Shown here: in pieces, positions 50,995 through 62,900 of the stretch | Numbering within the stretch: position 1 is the stretch's first letter | How the letters are laid out: every line of letters begins with the position of its first letter | The notes under the pieces: model-generated | The model's input: the letters and a program-made list of their open reading frames with translations, nothing else | Databases searched by the model: none | Told to the model about the DNA's origin: nothing | Assembly: GCA_965235115.1 (NCBI GenBank) | Contig: OZ249440.1 | Span: 34,164,001-34,228,000, forward strand | DNA length: 64,000 nt | Direction of reading: 5' to 3' | From: Laetmonice hystrix | Lineage: Eukaryota | Translations under genes and position numbers: made by a program

Positions 50995-51996
50995 TTACGA
51001 CATGGTAAAATTAGGATGGCATTCAGGGCATGCAAACGCTCCCATCTGGTTAAAGTGATCCTCTCTCATGTAGCACGGAATCTCAGTGTGTAGTTCTGGT
51101 AGTACCGTCTGTATATCCGGTATGACGTTTTTGAGTAAGTCCCACTCCTTCAGGCATAGCGCTAAACCTTTCTTAGTAGGTTTCAGTTCAGTTTCACCAG
51201 GTGGAATCCAAAACTTCCTCAGACCGACACAGGGATACTGGGGATGGGTAGACACGTAGACATTTCCACCGAGATGCATCATGTAGTTGTTCTTCTCTTC
51301 CCCCTTGTTGATCATCTTGAGAGAGCGATCCACACTATCCATGGCCCCGAGTAGTTCTCTGAAGCGGTTCACAGTAAGGCTGATGCCCATTTTAGTCGGT
51401 ATCCACGTCCCGTCATCCCTGATCTGAAGCAAGAATCTTGTCTTAGAAATACTGCATATGACACATTGTATACTCACCCACTTTAGTATCCATGATCTGA
51501 AATAAGAATCTTGTCTTAGAAATACTACACATTGTACTCACCCACTTTCGTATCCATGATTTAAAGCAGCAATTACTATGACATATATTGATATATTCAC
51601 CTCGTATTGGCGGATGTCCACTCTTGGCTCACCGTTCCACAGTTTCACATTCACTCTTCTATCCCGGCCTAGATCACTCTGAAAACGCAGGTCTGGTGTG
51701 GCTTGCTCCATCCCGTCTCCGGCACCATCCAAACATGGGGCCGGGAAGAGTTCTTCATGCAGTTCCTTCTGAGTCGTGGTCAAGATTCTTTGAAATGCAG
51801 CAAACATGGCTGGATTGGCTTTCATAACTTTGATGAATTCCGCCACTTGTAGTCTACGAGTCGTCTGCACTTGAATGGCTGCACTCTGCTCCTCTGTGAG
51901 AATGTTTTCACCCCGTAGAGCATTCACGATGGCTACTGCATTGAGTTTTGCCAGCAGTTGTGTCTTGTGGGAAGTAAAAAACTTCTTGGCCTCCAT
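50995..51996 (-). CDS. Two-exon gene: CARD-like death-fold domain, two PC4 (p15/Sub1) ssDNA-binding domains and a C-terminal Cys/His motif, ~274 aa
   Basis: Exon 1 is 51996-51601 (MEAKKFFTSHKTQLLAKLNAVAIVNALRGENILTEEQ..; DLGRDRRVNVKLWNGEPRVDIRQYE|gtgaat). Exon 2 is 51423-50995 (ttcag|IRDDGTWIPTKMGISL..HLGGNVYVS..GLRKFW..KPTKKGLAL..EW..PCYMREDHFNQMGAFACPECHP). The splice is phase 0 and there are no stops. Confidence 0.75.
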
Positions 51997-52370
51997 ATTC
52001 ACGTCTATCCTCAGCGAGTATTTGATTCAAAGTGAATAGTGACTGTTGAGATTGTATGGGTGTGATGTCATATGGAAGCGCGTGATTAATAATTGTGTAT
52101 GCGGTTGTCATGGTTTAAAAACAAGTGGGAACCGTCATGCTGAGACAGATCGTGATGACGTCATGTAGAACCAATGGTGTATGTGGTTGTCATGGTTAAA
52201 AAACAAGTGGAAACCGTTAAGTAATTGTTTATGTGGTTGTTTAAAAACAAGTGGGAAACCGTTATGGCAGATCGACGTCATATAGAACTGTGTATGTGGT
52301 TGTCATGGTTAAAAACCAAGTGGGAAACCTTTAAGGTAGATAATGTCATACCTTGTCATAAATGTGGGTG

Positions 52371-52835
52371 TCAAAAACCGTTATTGGAAATGTTGGGTAT
52401 CTTCTCACCAACAAAGCATGCGAACTGGGTACGCCACTGTTGAGGTATTTCAATGTTCTTTAAATTCAGATAAAAACATGGTACTATGGGGTAGAATATG
52501 AAGTTCTCGACAGAGGATGTCATAGATTTTCTCTCTCTATCTTGAGTTATTTGCTGAATGGCCATCGTAAAATAGGCATCAACTTGCTCGTCCCACATAC
52601 CTTGACACCCTAACCCCATGTGATGTGCATTGTGAGTAGAATTTGCGCGACAGCCATTGCAGAGGTCCCGTATAATATCCTTAATTTCCCTTTCTATCAT
52701 ATAAAGAGATAGATGGAAACAAATTTGATCTGGTTGAAATTCAGGTAGAAAGAGAGACTCGATTAGTAGTAGATGATATGGTGCGTCGGGACCATCCCAT
52801 GTCGTATACCCAGGAGGGCCGTGATTTTTCAGCAT
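52371..52835 (-). CDS. Small Cys/His protein (LCNGC..H..H..GC) resembling Polinton/adintovirus accessory ORFs
   Basis: 154-aa ORF with a CxGC-x-H-x-H-x-C motif, next to the protease and PC4 genes. Confidence 0.45.
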   Translation of the reverse strand: MLKNHGPPGYTTWDGPDAPYHLLLIESLFLPEFQPDQICFHLSLYMIEREIKDIIRDLCNGCRANSTHNAHHMGLGCQGMWDEQVDAYFTMAIQQITQDRERKSMTSSVENFIFYPIVPCFYLNLKNIEIPQQWRTQFACFVGEKIPNISNNGF

Positions 52836-53222
52836 TACTTACAGCAGCCCTTTCACTCATGAACCATCTTAGCGATCGACTTAATTCATAGCATCTCTCT
52901 TCGCTGACGATCAGCATATAACGCCACTGGTAGACTTTCATATTCTGTGTTCCTGGCATCGACTCACATGGGCACACACATCTTGACTGCTCGGGGGCCA
53001 GTTAACATTTAAAGTTGTACCTGATAATACACACAACATACACAGGATGGGATACTATAATGATGTCATGGAATTCCTTATATACGATGGAGGGTGAAGA
53101 GAGAGGGGTTACACATCCTAGCCTTTAAGAACTAGAACAAACGACTTGCTTAAAATTTAACTTTTATTAAAACCCTCCCACAGTTTACCCCCCCCCCCCC
53201 TAACCTTTACCCTTCCCACAGT

Positions 53223-53462
53223 TTAAAAAACCCCTCCCACCGCCGCTTCTGCACTCAAAACGAAATATGGCTCACTGGGAGGGGGTCCTTGATGGATTTC
53301 CCCCTCCCAGTCCTCGTCCTCAACATAAGAATAATCTACTGGCTCACCGATCACCTCATCCCCCTCCTCCTCCCCCTCCCCTTCCTCAAAATATGGTATC
53401 ACTATGTCCACCTCAGGGTCAAAGATCTCCGCCTCCGGTATGGGGTTTTGCGGTGCCATCTT
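53223..53462 (-). CDS. Short acidic hypothetical ORF (MAPQNPIPEAEIFDPEVD..)
   Basis: ATG-initiated Glu/Asp-rich ORF within the virus-like cluster; no family recognised. Confidence 0.3.
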   Translation of the reverse strand, partial: KMAPQNPIPEAEIFDPEVDIVIPYFEEGEGEEEGDEVIGEPVDYSYVEDEDWEGEIHQGPPPSEPYFVLSAEAAVGGVF

Positions 53463-53651
53463 CAAGAAGAAGAAAAAAGAAAGAAAAAGATTGTATAGCC
53501 TGTTAGAGATGGTCTTTGACAGTAAAGTTAGGTCTAGATCTGTTAACAAGTTGATTTAGTATTTGTTAACGAGGTAAAAAAAAAAAAAAAAAAAAAAAGA
53601 AGCAGACTTAATTAAGTTTATGTATACCGTGACTGGGTGAGGCCTGAGTGT

Positions 53652-55846
53652 GGCTTCCGGCGAGGGAGAAGTACTCTTAATCATCTAATCAGACTCGAGA
53701 CATACATCCGAGATGCTTTTATCAACCGTGAACATGTTGTTGCCGTCTTTTTTGACCTAGAAAAGGCATACGACACAACATGGAAGTACGGCATTTTAAA
53801 AGATTTGCATGATATGGGTTTTAGGGGGCGTTTGCCCATTTTCATATCTCGGTTTTTATCAATCAGACACTTTCAAGTCAGAGTAGGCACTACCCTCTCT
53901 GACTTGCATGACCAAGAATTAGGTGTGCCTCAGGGAAGCATTTTGTCCGTTACCTTTTTTAGTCTTAAGATCAACAGCATTGTTAACTTGGTTAAAACTG
54001 GCATGCCCTGCAGCCTGTTCGTTGATGACTTTAACGTCTGCTGCAGAGGCAAAAACATGAATGCCATTGAAAGACAACTCCAACTCTGTCTTAATAGAAT
54101 CCATACTTGGTCAGTGGAAAATGGTTCAGTGGAAAATGGTTTTAAGTTTTCCAAATCTAAAACGGTCTGCATGCACTTTTGCAAGCTGCGTGCCTTCCAT
54201 CTTGACCCAGAGTTGACAATGGATGGAGATCCTGTCAAAGTTGTTAAAGAGACAAAGTTTCTGGGACTCACTTTTGACAGCAAGCTGTCTTTTATTCCTC
54301 ACATTAAATCGCTCAAATCCAGATGCCTTAAGGCTCTGGATGTTCTCAAGGTTTTATCTGGCACAAACTGGGGGGCAGACAGTACAGTCCTTTTACAACT
54401 GTACAGAGCTTTAATCCGGTCGAAGCTCGATTACGGCAGCATAGTTTACGGCTCTGCTTGTAAGTCTTACATACGGCTTTTGGACACGGTTCACCACCAG
54501 GGTTTGCAGCTTTCACTTGGGGCTTTTAGAACCTGTTCAGAGCCTCTATGTGGAGGCCAGAGAGCCCTCGCTTTACAACAGGCGTCTGAAGCTGGCTCTG
54601 CAGTATGCAGTCAAGCTCAGGACAAACAGTTCAAATCCAGCTTACAATTGCGTCTTTCACCCTCAGTTCCAACATTTATATGAAAGAAAGGAAACGTACA
54701 TACGTCCTTTTGGACTGAGGGTGAAACCTCATCTAGAGGAATTGGATGTGGATCTGAACGTCCTGGGGCAGACACACTTTTGCAATATCCCTCCTTGGGA
54801 CCTAGAAAAGCCTGATGTCATCCTTCAGTTGGCCTAACTGAAGAAGTCGGAGACTCATCCCCTGACATATTTTGACCATTTCCTTGACGTCCAGGCAAGG
54901 TATCCGTCTCATTATGCCTTCTATACTGATGGTTCAAAAGATGGCAGTGATGTGTCTGCGGCAGCAGTTCATGGCAAACACAACTTCGGCACCCGCATCT
55001 CAGGGCAAAGTTCCATCTTCTCAGCAGAGGCCCGGGCCCTGCTTCTTGCCCTTCAAAATATTGAAGTTTCGGGCAAAAAGGACTTCCTTATTTTCTCGGA
55101 TTCCTTATCCTGTCTGCAAGCACTTGCTAACTTGAACACAGATCACCCAGTGATCGTTCGAATCTTGTCCAGGTTGGCAATGCTTGCCAATGCAAACTTT
55201 GACATTCACTTTTGCTGGGTGCCCGGCCATGTTGGCATACCGGGCAATGAGCAAGCCAACAGAACTGCCAAGAGAGCGCTTGAAATGTCGAATTGTGTCC
55301 AATCCCAGCCTCTGACCTCAGGCCTACCATCTGGGCTTATGTTAAAAACAAATGGCAGGCCGAATGGGATGAACAACCAAACAATAAGTTGTATCAGATC
55401 AGTCCCATCGTAAACCAAAGGTATCATCATGGCCTAACCCAACGGAGGCATGAAATTGTTTTTACTCGATGCAGAGTTGGTCATTCTAGATTAACTCATG
55501 TGTTTTTATTGAAGGGGGAACCACCTTCAGAATGCTATGGCTGTCAGTGTCCTTTGACACTGAAGCATCTTTTACTCGAATGTGGTGATTTTACTCTCAT
55601 CATACAAAGGTTTTATAATGAGACGAGTCTTAGGGATCTTTTTAGCAATATCAGACCAGGAGTGATTTTAGAGTTCTTGTCAGAGGCTGGACTTCTGACT
55701 CTTTTATAGATGTGTTTTGGTGGTGTTCCCGTTGGGACCCGGGATAAAATAGGTTCCTTTAGTTTTATGGTCTTATAACTCTGTTTTCGCCGTGAAGATG
55801 GCCCCAGATGCCGACAAGGCGCAAAACCACCACTACTCACTCACTC
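53652..55846 (+). mobile_element. 5'-truncated I-clade LINE: RT and RNase H part of ORF2, disrupted
   Basis: Motifs GFRRGRST, FFDLEKAYDT, GVPQGSILS, LFVDDF, FYTDGSK, FSAEARA, FSDSLSCL, WVPGHVGIPGNE and the C-terminal CYGCQ..HLLLEC. It has an (ACTC)n tail and a ~20-bp imperfect TSD ACTGGGTGA(G/T)G(C/T)CTGAGTGT. Confidence 0.92.
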
Positions 55847-56270
55847 ACTGGGTGATGTCTGAGTGTACTGACGGTTTGAAAAGAGAACACAGATATTGTA
55901 CACATAACAATGCTATTCTGTAATTTAAGAGGTTAGAACACTGTACTTGATAGTAAAAATGTATACATAGACTAGAAAACTTGATTAAGTACTAGATAGT
56001 AAATATTTATACATACCGTGACTGGGTGATGTCTGAGTGTACTGAAGGTTTGAAAAGAGAACACAGATATTGTACACATAACAATGCTATTCTGTAATTT
56101 AAGAGGTTAGAACACTGTACTTGATAGTAAAAATGTATACATAGACTAGAAAACTTGATTAAGTACTAGATAGTAAAAATTTATACATACCGTGACTGGG
56201 TGAGGTCTGAGTGTACTGAAGGTTTGAAAAGAGAACACAGATATTGTACACACTGTATTAGACAATGCTA
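55847..56270 (+). repeat. 174-bp tandem repeat (about 2.4 units), target of the LINE
   Basis: CTGGGTGA..CTGAGTGTACTG occurs at 55848, 56022 and 56196; a diverged unit lies at ~53480-53650. Confidence 0.85.
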
Positions 56271-58489
56271 TTTTTTCGTGTATTTGATTGATGCTAGGAA
56301 GAATAAATTATACAATGATATTTGTTTCCTTATAATTAATATGTCTCATAACGGTATAGTCTACTAGAGTCTACACGATAATAGAGCATGACCTACCTCT
56401 ATCAGTCTATGTTGGTTTGTGGGCGTCTGGCCGGGTGTGTCAATTTGACGTCATTTCTCAAAATCGAATGATATCCACATCATAAAGGATGACGATACGT
56501 CCTTGATTAGAGAGTTTTCGCAGCCAAACGGTTAGTGAGACGCTGACGTTTAGCTATCCGTTATCCCTATTCGTCGTCTGCTTAGTAAAACTGCTTTCGC
56601 AGTTGACGTTTAGTTGACGTTTACGGATAGGCCCAGCCTAAAATAACAGGCTAACGAGGTCACCGTGATCAGGCTCAGAATAGCCAGGCGGTCGAGACCT
56701 GACCAAGAAAACGTGTCTGTGGATACACAGACAGCACTGGCAGATCCAGGATTTCACTAAGGGGGGGGGGGGGGCACAGGGGGAGAAATCATGATTGTTT
56801 GCGTTACTAAAGCTATATGTAGGACTTCTGTGTCATAAGTTACAACCAATTGCTCCATCACTCAAGATGTAGGGGCCTACCAGTGTTCTAAATATGAAAA
56901 AAATTATTTAAAAATGATTAGGCTTATATAATTAGGGAAGCTAAAGGGGGGCACGTGCCCCTTGTGCCCCCCTTTGGATCCGCCTTTGTACAGTTCTGAC
57001 TAAGAATGGAATTTATTTCTTATGTAAGGCCAGACTGTTTAATGAGTGCAGAGGATCCTTCTTTCAAATAAGAACTTTAGTAGAGGATCCTTCTTTCAAA
57101 TAAGAACTTCAGAGGGTGGAAAAATTACAAAATAAGCATCCATTGGTCTCAGATTTCTTGGTTTGTCGGAAGGAGAGGCGGATAAAAACTCTTATTCATG
57201 AAATAGATTTACCACAGCAGTTGCATGTTGTGGCCTATGTTTCTTGTCCAACTTAGGCCTACGTTTCAAGTACGATGGGTGGAAAAAAACAACTCCTCAC
57301 AAACTCTTTATTCCAATATTAATGCATGAAATCATATAAAACACATATAGGGTCTGAAATTTGGGGGAGCTTGAGCCCCCGAACCCCCCCCCCCCCCCTC
57401 TGGATCTGCCTATGGCAGGGGGCCGAATTCTTTTCACATGCAGTTCACATGCAGTTGAAGCAGTCTTGTAATGAGAGAGGTGAAACGATCTGCATGGCTT
57501 GGCCGTCAATGTACCTGTATACAGCCATGTACTCATGGTCTGTGGAGTCGAAGGCTGTCAGGGACATGAAGGGCCTTCATTTCAAAAGCAAATTGATGAC
57601 ATATATAACAACATGAGAATGTAGAGTTGCCCTGACAGAGCGGACATAACTGTCAACTACTTCCCGGTACAACATTTCTGTGTTTCAAGTACTTCCCGGT
57701 ACAACATTTCTGTGTTTCAAGGCCTATTTGCAACAGAAGAATCGGGTTTTGCTAAACGTATTTTACTCACGTTTTGTTCGCCCACTAACCGATTGGTTTT
57801 CGCCTTTTACGTTTAGATTTTGTGCTCTGTGCCTGTCCTCTCAAGAGTAACCGAATGTCTTACATAACCTATTCGTTCATGCGTGAAAGACGGTGTGTGG
57901 ATGTAATGATTTGTTTCTTTACTAAAATTGTCTTTCACGGATGGGGGATTCTCTTGAAAGCCCTCACAGCATAGTAAATTACTTTGGTATGCATGTAACT
58001 GCCTGATAAAATACAAGGAATCAAGAAAGTTCTATGTTGGTTTATTCTTTGTTGTCATGACGCAGTAGATTGAGGGGAAAAATATTTTTATAATTATGGT
58101 AAATTATGGCTAGGCATTATGAACATAGAAACCTAGGCCTGAATATGAATATGGCCTGTGATCTGAGGCAAAAACTGTTTCATGGATAATTTTTTCTCTG
58201 CCTATCTAGATTAATTCTTGTTCATTCTGATAGACCAAGAAATGTCGAAAATATAATTTTATTTATTTAAAGCCTGGAGACAACTTATTAAAGACGTCTG
58301 GCCTTAGCTCGCGAAAACGTTTAGTTCAGGAACGATTAGGAGACAGTGGCATGTGTAAAACGTCAAAAGACCACATGAACTGATGACCACATGAACTGAT
58401 GACCTATCAGTCATCGTCCCACTAACCGTATGGCTGCGAAAACTCTCTATTGTCATGATAGTTCCGACTGTTGTTTCCTCACCCATTCA

Positions 58490-58955
58490 TCTCTACATTT
58501 CTACTTGTGACGTCACAAAGACACCTGCCACGATCGTTTCTACTTGTGACGTCACAATCGGGACCGTGGTTACTATAGTTTAAAAGGACAAGCCCCACCC
58601 GAACCGATCGCGCCCCAACGCGCCGCCGCCGCCGACTGCCGCCGACCGCTGCCGACCGTCGCCGACTGCTGCCGACAGTAATGGATCCATTGGATCCATT
58701 ACCATGTCTACTGTTTGTTTACATCACACTATTGTGTACATGCATTGCCTAGCAACAGTGACGTCATAAAGGATTGAATGCTCCTATTCCCTCAACAACG
58801 TCAACAAAGGGTGGTGACGTCACAATCGAGTCCATACGTCAACGTTGCCTAGCAACAGTGACGTCATAAAGGATCCGCCCGGATCCACCGGATCCGCTTC
58901 CGGTGGATCCGCTTGGATCCACTTCCTGGCGCAGAACTGTCCTTTTATATACTAT
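58490..58955. promoter_or_regulatory. Motif-dense, terminus-like segment with five TGACGTCA (CRE/ATF) sites, two X-box-like TTGCCTAGCAAC, and GCCGAC and GGATCC repeats
   Basis: Direct repeats TTGCCTAGCAACAGTGACGTCATAAAGGAT x2 and TTTCTACTTGTGACGTCACA x2. Confidence 0.45.
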
Positions 58956-58960
58956 TCACT

Positions 58961-59325
58961 GAGTATGAGGATGAATGCTTGGTTGAGTGGGTGAAAAAAA
59001 TTTAAAGCCAAGAGACCACTCAACACAAGAGACAAGGACAGCCCTTTTTATCTAACACCTATCCAAGTTGGCAGGCTGCATCTATCACCTTGGTGGTATT
59101 ATTCCACACCCATGGGCATCAACAAGATCGGCTCACTTCTTCCCGATGCTTGCAGGAAAGCAGGCATTTAACGACGTTCAAATCACGGGGCAAGGCGTAC
59201 GAGTATAAAGCGAATGAGAAAGGCTGGGATACCTGACAGTAAAATTGCAAAAATAACTGGACATAAGTCAGTAACAACCCTCAGTCTATGATGATGAACT
59301 CTCAGATGAAGAACATAAAATTTCA
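58961..59325 (+). pseudogene. Crypton-type (DUF3504-like) tyrosine recombinase C-terminal relic
   Basis: SPFYLTP..WYYSTPMGINKIGSLL..AGI*RRSNHGARRTSIKRMRKAGIPDSKIAKITGHKSVTTL..Y, with one stop and two frameshifts. It is not in the ORF track. Confidence 0.8.
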
Positions 59326-62300
59326 GTCAGACAAACGCGCACACCCTTTTGTAGAAATATTTATTTCTACTATTCAACAACAAAGTTTTCCTTTCCAGTT
59401 TACAGATTGAAGTTTGGGGTACAGGTTGTCCTGATGCCTCGGGCATGGACAACAACATGTCAACAAGTCCTCTACAATCATGAATGAGTCTATTATCGGA
59501 GACAGTCTTTAAATATTACAATAACCGTCACCCCGTTTCTACGGGAAGTGGCATAACGTAGTGGAATCGTTGTCCAGAAGGCGGAACTCCCATCCAGTTA
59601 CTCCCGTGGCTACAGGAAGAGTAACGTCAGACTCCTGTAGCAGTTGGGCCCAACGGCCAACCGGGTGACCGCAGGTCAACCTGGGCCCAACAACCACAAG
59701 CTCTGGGAGAGTAAAATGGCTGACCCCCCAGATAACCTAATCTAGAACGCAACTGGCAAGGAAGGGACCGTACACTCCGGCGAAAACCCCTACCAAGACG
59801 GGAAAATTTGTTTGGAGTGAAAAGACCTCTAGGTGTACTAAATTCTCTGAACACCTGAACGATCCGCCTGGTAACCAGATTAACTGAATTATGGCCTTTT
59901 ATACACCAGTTGAACATAACTCCAGTTCTTATTTTGTCATTGCATTAACGTTCACTAATATTATAGTGGTATGCATAGGAACTCCGCCTAATACACGTTT
60001 ATGAATTTCCCAGCATGTTCATGTTGTGACTACGCATGGTTAGTTCATGGACCCCATGGACCTGCTAATCAGATATCTTCTTAATGTGAGAAGAAGCCGT
60101 TCCTTCAGCTGCAGCAACACAACTTAAGCTTGAATGGCACTGGCGTAAGTGAGCTTGAATTCACGAGTTCACTGATCCTCCTTATACTCGATGATATGAA
60201 AAGCAGTCCCCCTCTCAGCTACAGACGCATACCTTTGTCCCAGCATAGTAAAGAGCCTGGTGAATATAAACAAGCTGAAGTATTACCAATTAAGCTGTAG
60301 GAAGACAATTTGCTCGAGAGTACTTGGTGTAGGTTATCTTGAACCCAAGAGCATGCAAACTCCAATACTTGATGATATGAGATGAACCCGTTCTCTCAGC
60401 TGTATAACTACTAGTTTGCCTCGGCGCTTCGGTGCTTCAGGCAACCTAACTCAAATTAAGGGCCTGTTGAATCCAAACTCCGGTGGGAAAAGAAGCAGTC
60501 CCCGCAGCCGCGGGAAGACAACCTTAGCCTGACGATCCTTAGCGTAAGTCGGTCGAACCCATGGGTCTGTTAATTCTGCCACCTGAAGATATGAATAAAA
60601 GCAGCTCTTTTGCCGTAGAAACACGACTTTGTCTCGGCATCGCTTCAGACAATCCAATTAGACTCCTACGAGATGAAGTAGCCCCCACTGCTGCGGGAAG
60701 ACAACCTTAACTTGATGGTACCTGCCCCAAGACCGACTGGAAGCATTGCTCCGTACATTGGGCACCTGCTGGTATGAGAAATAAGCGACCCCTTTTTGCA
60801 GAGCCACACCTTTGGCTCACCAAATCCAACACTAACTCTGGTAAGAGAAAAAGAAGTCCCCACAACTGCGGGAAGACCACTTCAAATGGTTCTTACTGTA
60901 ATCATCGTTGACCCCATGGGCCTTAACTGTTAAACCTTATATCCACTGCTTTGAGAAACTGCCCTAAACAGGGGCTCCTGAGGTGCCGAGCACAACATTG
61001 GTTTGATCATTCCTAAGCCAACTGGGCACCATCCATTCCTTTCTCGGATTCCAAACTAGTTGAACATCACCGAATTCGATGCTACGTGAACGACCTCTAT
61101 CTTCATCCTTGCACCTGAGGAAATGAAATAAACACACCTACAACAAGTGTTGTTCCATTAACAAGAACTAGACAAACTTTAAAACCATCAGCACACAGAA
61201 TATTACATCCAACATGCGTCAAGCACAATATATACCATATATATACACATAGGATTACGTAACGAATCATGCCATGTCCATAGAGATAATCATAATTACA
61301 ATTAATCTTCTCCACCTCCACAACAGATCGAAATTTTCAGTAAGCCAAAGTCATATGACATTATCATGACAACTAGAAATTTGCAAGATTTGTTCTAGAC
61401 ATAACCCTCTCAGTCGCTTGGGACACAAGGGTAATACCACCTGATACATAGCGCCTACAAAAGCCTCCTATAGGTTCTCGTCTTCCGTACAGGAAACACG
61501 TAGCAGACGCTGCATCCATATACGCCACTCATCTCTTATGTCAGTATCTTCCATTATGCCGGATATTTTTTCTGTTGTATGCTCAGGATTAACCTCCAAT
61601 GACATACTGATCTGCTGTCCAATCCCACTGTGCCATGAACATCATCTTCAACTGATAATCTCGCCACAACCACACCTAAGGCCATCCTGACGAATAAAAT
61701 AAGGAGGCGACAGACCACATTTTGCAAAATCTTCTGACAAGGACAAGGAATATTAACAGGCAACCATCTTAAACGGGACAGCATACTGCCAATCCACCAA
61801 ATGGCGGGGCTCATCGCAACCATGAGAATAAATAATCAACTACATGTCCTGACATTTCTGTCGCGGTGTTCCGAAATTCTTCAAACTGAAAGCTTTTAGG
61901 AAGTCTGATTTTTCACATACTGTCACCTTCAGCCACAATGGATAAAAGCACATGCAATAACGATTGGAACTGGTGTGATTTTATACAGCCCGTCAAACTC
62001 GGGCCCAATGGATATAAGCATAGACCATCACGATAGGAAATGGTGCAATTCTACACATGGCGTAACCTTCGTCCACAGTGGATATAAGCAATAGGAAATG
62101 GTGTGATTTTATACATACCGTAACCTTTGGTCACAAAAGACACACGCCACATTTTTTCGGTTAGTTGTTGCACTCTGGAAGATCTCCACCTGAGTTGACT
62201 TCGGTGGTGGTGGAGAGGGTGGAGGCTGTAAGCTTAGGGTAACCTTGTAAAATGTAACGTCGCCCCAACATTTCTATTCTGGTGTTCCGATATACTGAAT

Positions 62301-62349
62301 ATTCCTCATGCTGAAAGCTCTTAGGACGTGTGATCTTATATATACGCTT

Positions 62350-62900
62350 CGGCCACAAGGGATAAAAGCATATGCTATCGCGATAGGAACTAGTGTGATT
62401 TTATACAGACCATTACCCTCGGCCACAATGGGTATAAGCATAGACCATCAGGATAGGAACTGGTGAGATTTTATACAGACCGTCACCCTAGGCCACAATG
62501 GGTATAAGCATAGACCATCACGATAGGAACTAGTGTGATTTTATACAGACCGTCACCCTCGGCCACAATGGGTATAAGCATAGACCATCACGATAGGAAC
62601 TGGTGTGATTTTATACAGACCGTCACCCTCAGCCACAATGGGTATAAGCATAGACCATCACGATAGGAACTGGTGTGATTTTATACAGACCGTCACCCTC
62701 AGCCACAATGGGTATAAGCATAGACCATCACGATAGGAACTGGTGTGATTTTATACAGACCGTCACCCTCGGCCACAATGGGCATAAGCATAGACCATCA
62801 CGATAGGAACTAGTGTGATTTTATACAGACCGTCACCCTCGGCCACAATGGGTATAAGCATAGACCATCACGATAGGAACTGGTGTGGTTTTATACAGCC
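62350..62900 (+). repeat. 70-bp minisatellite (about 8 units, with degenerate units from ~61920)
   Basis: TTATACAGAC recurs at 62401, 62471, 62541, 62611, 62681, 62751 and 62821, with a variant TTATACAGCC at 62891. Confidence 0.92.

Noticed and set aside
59400..61100. Possible decayed DIRS or RT coding sequence
   Set aside because: No diagnostic RT, RNase H or YR motif could be read in any frame.
62350..62900. CRISPR-like appearance of the regular repeats
   Set aside because: The units are contiguous near-identical 70-mers with no unique spacers, there are no cas genes, and the context is eukaryotic.
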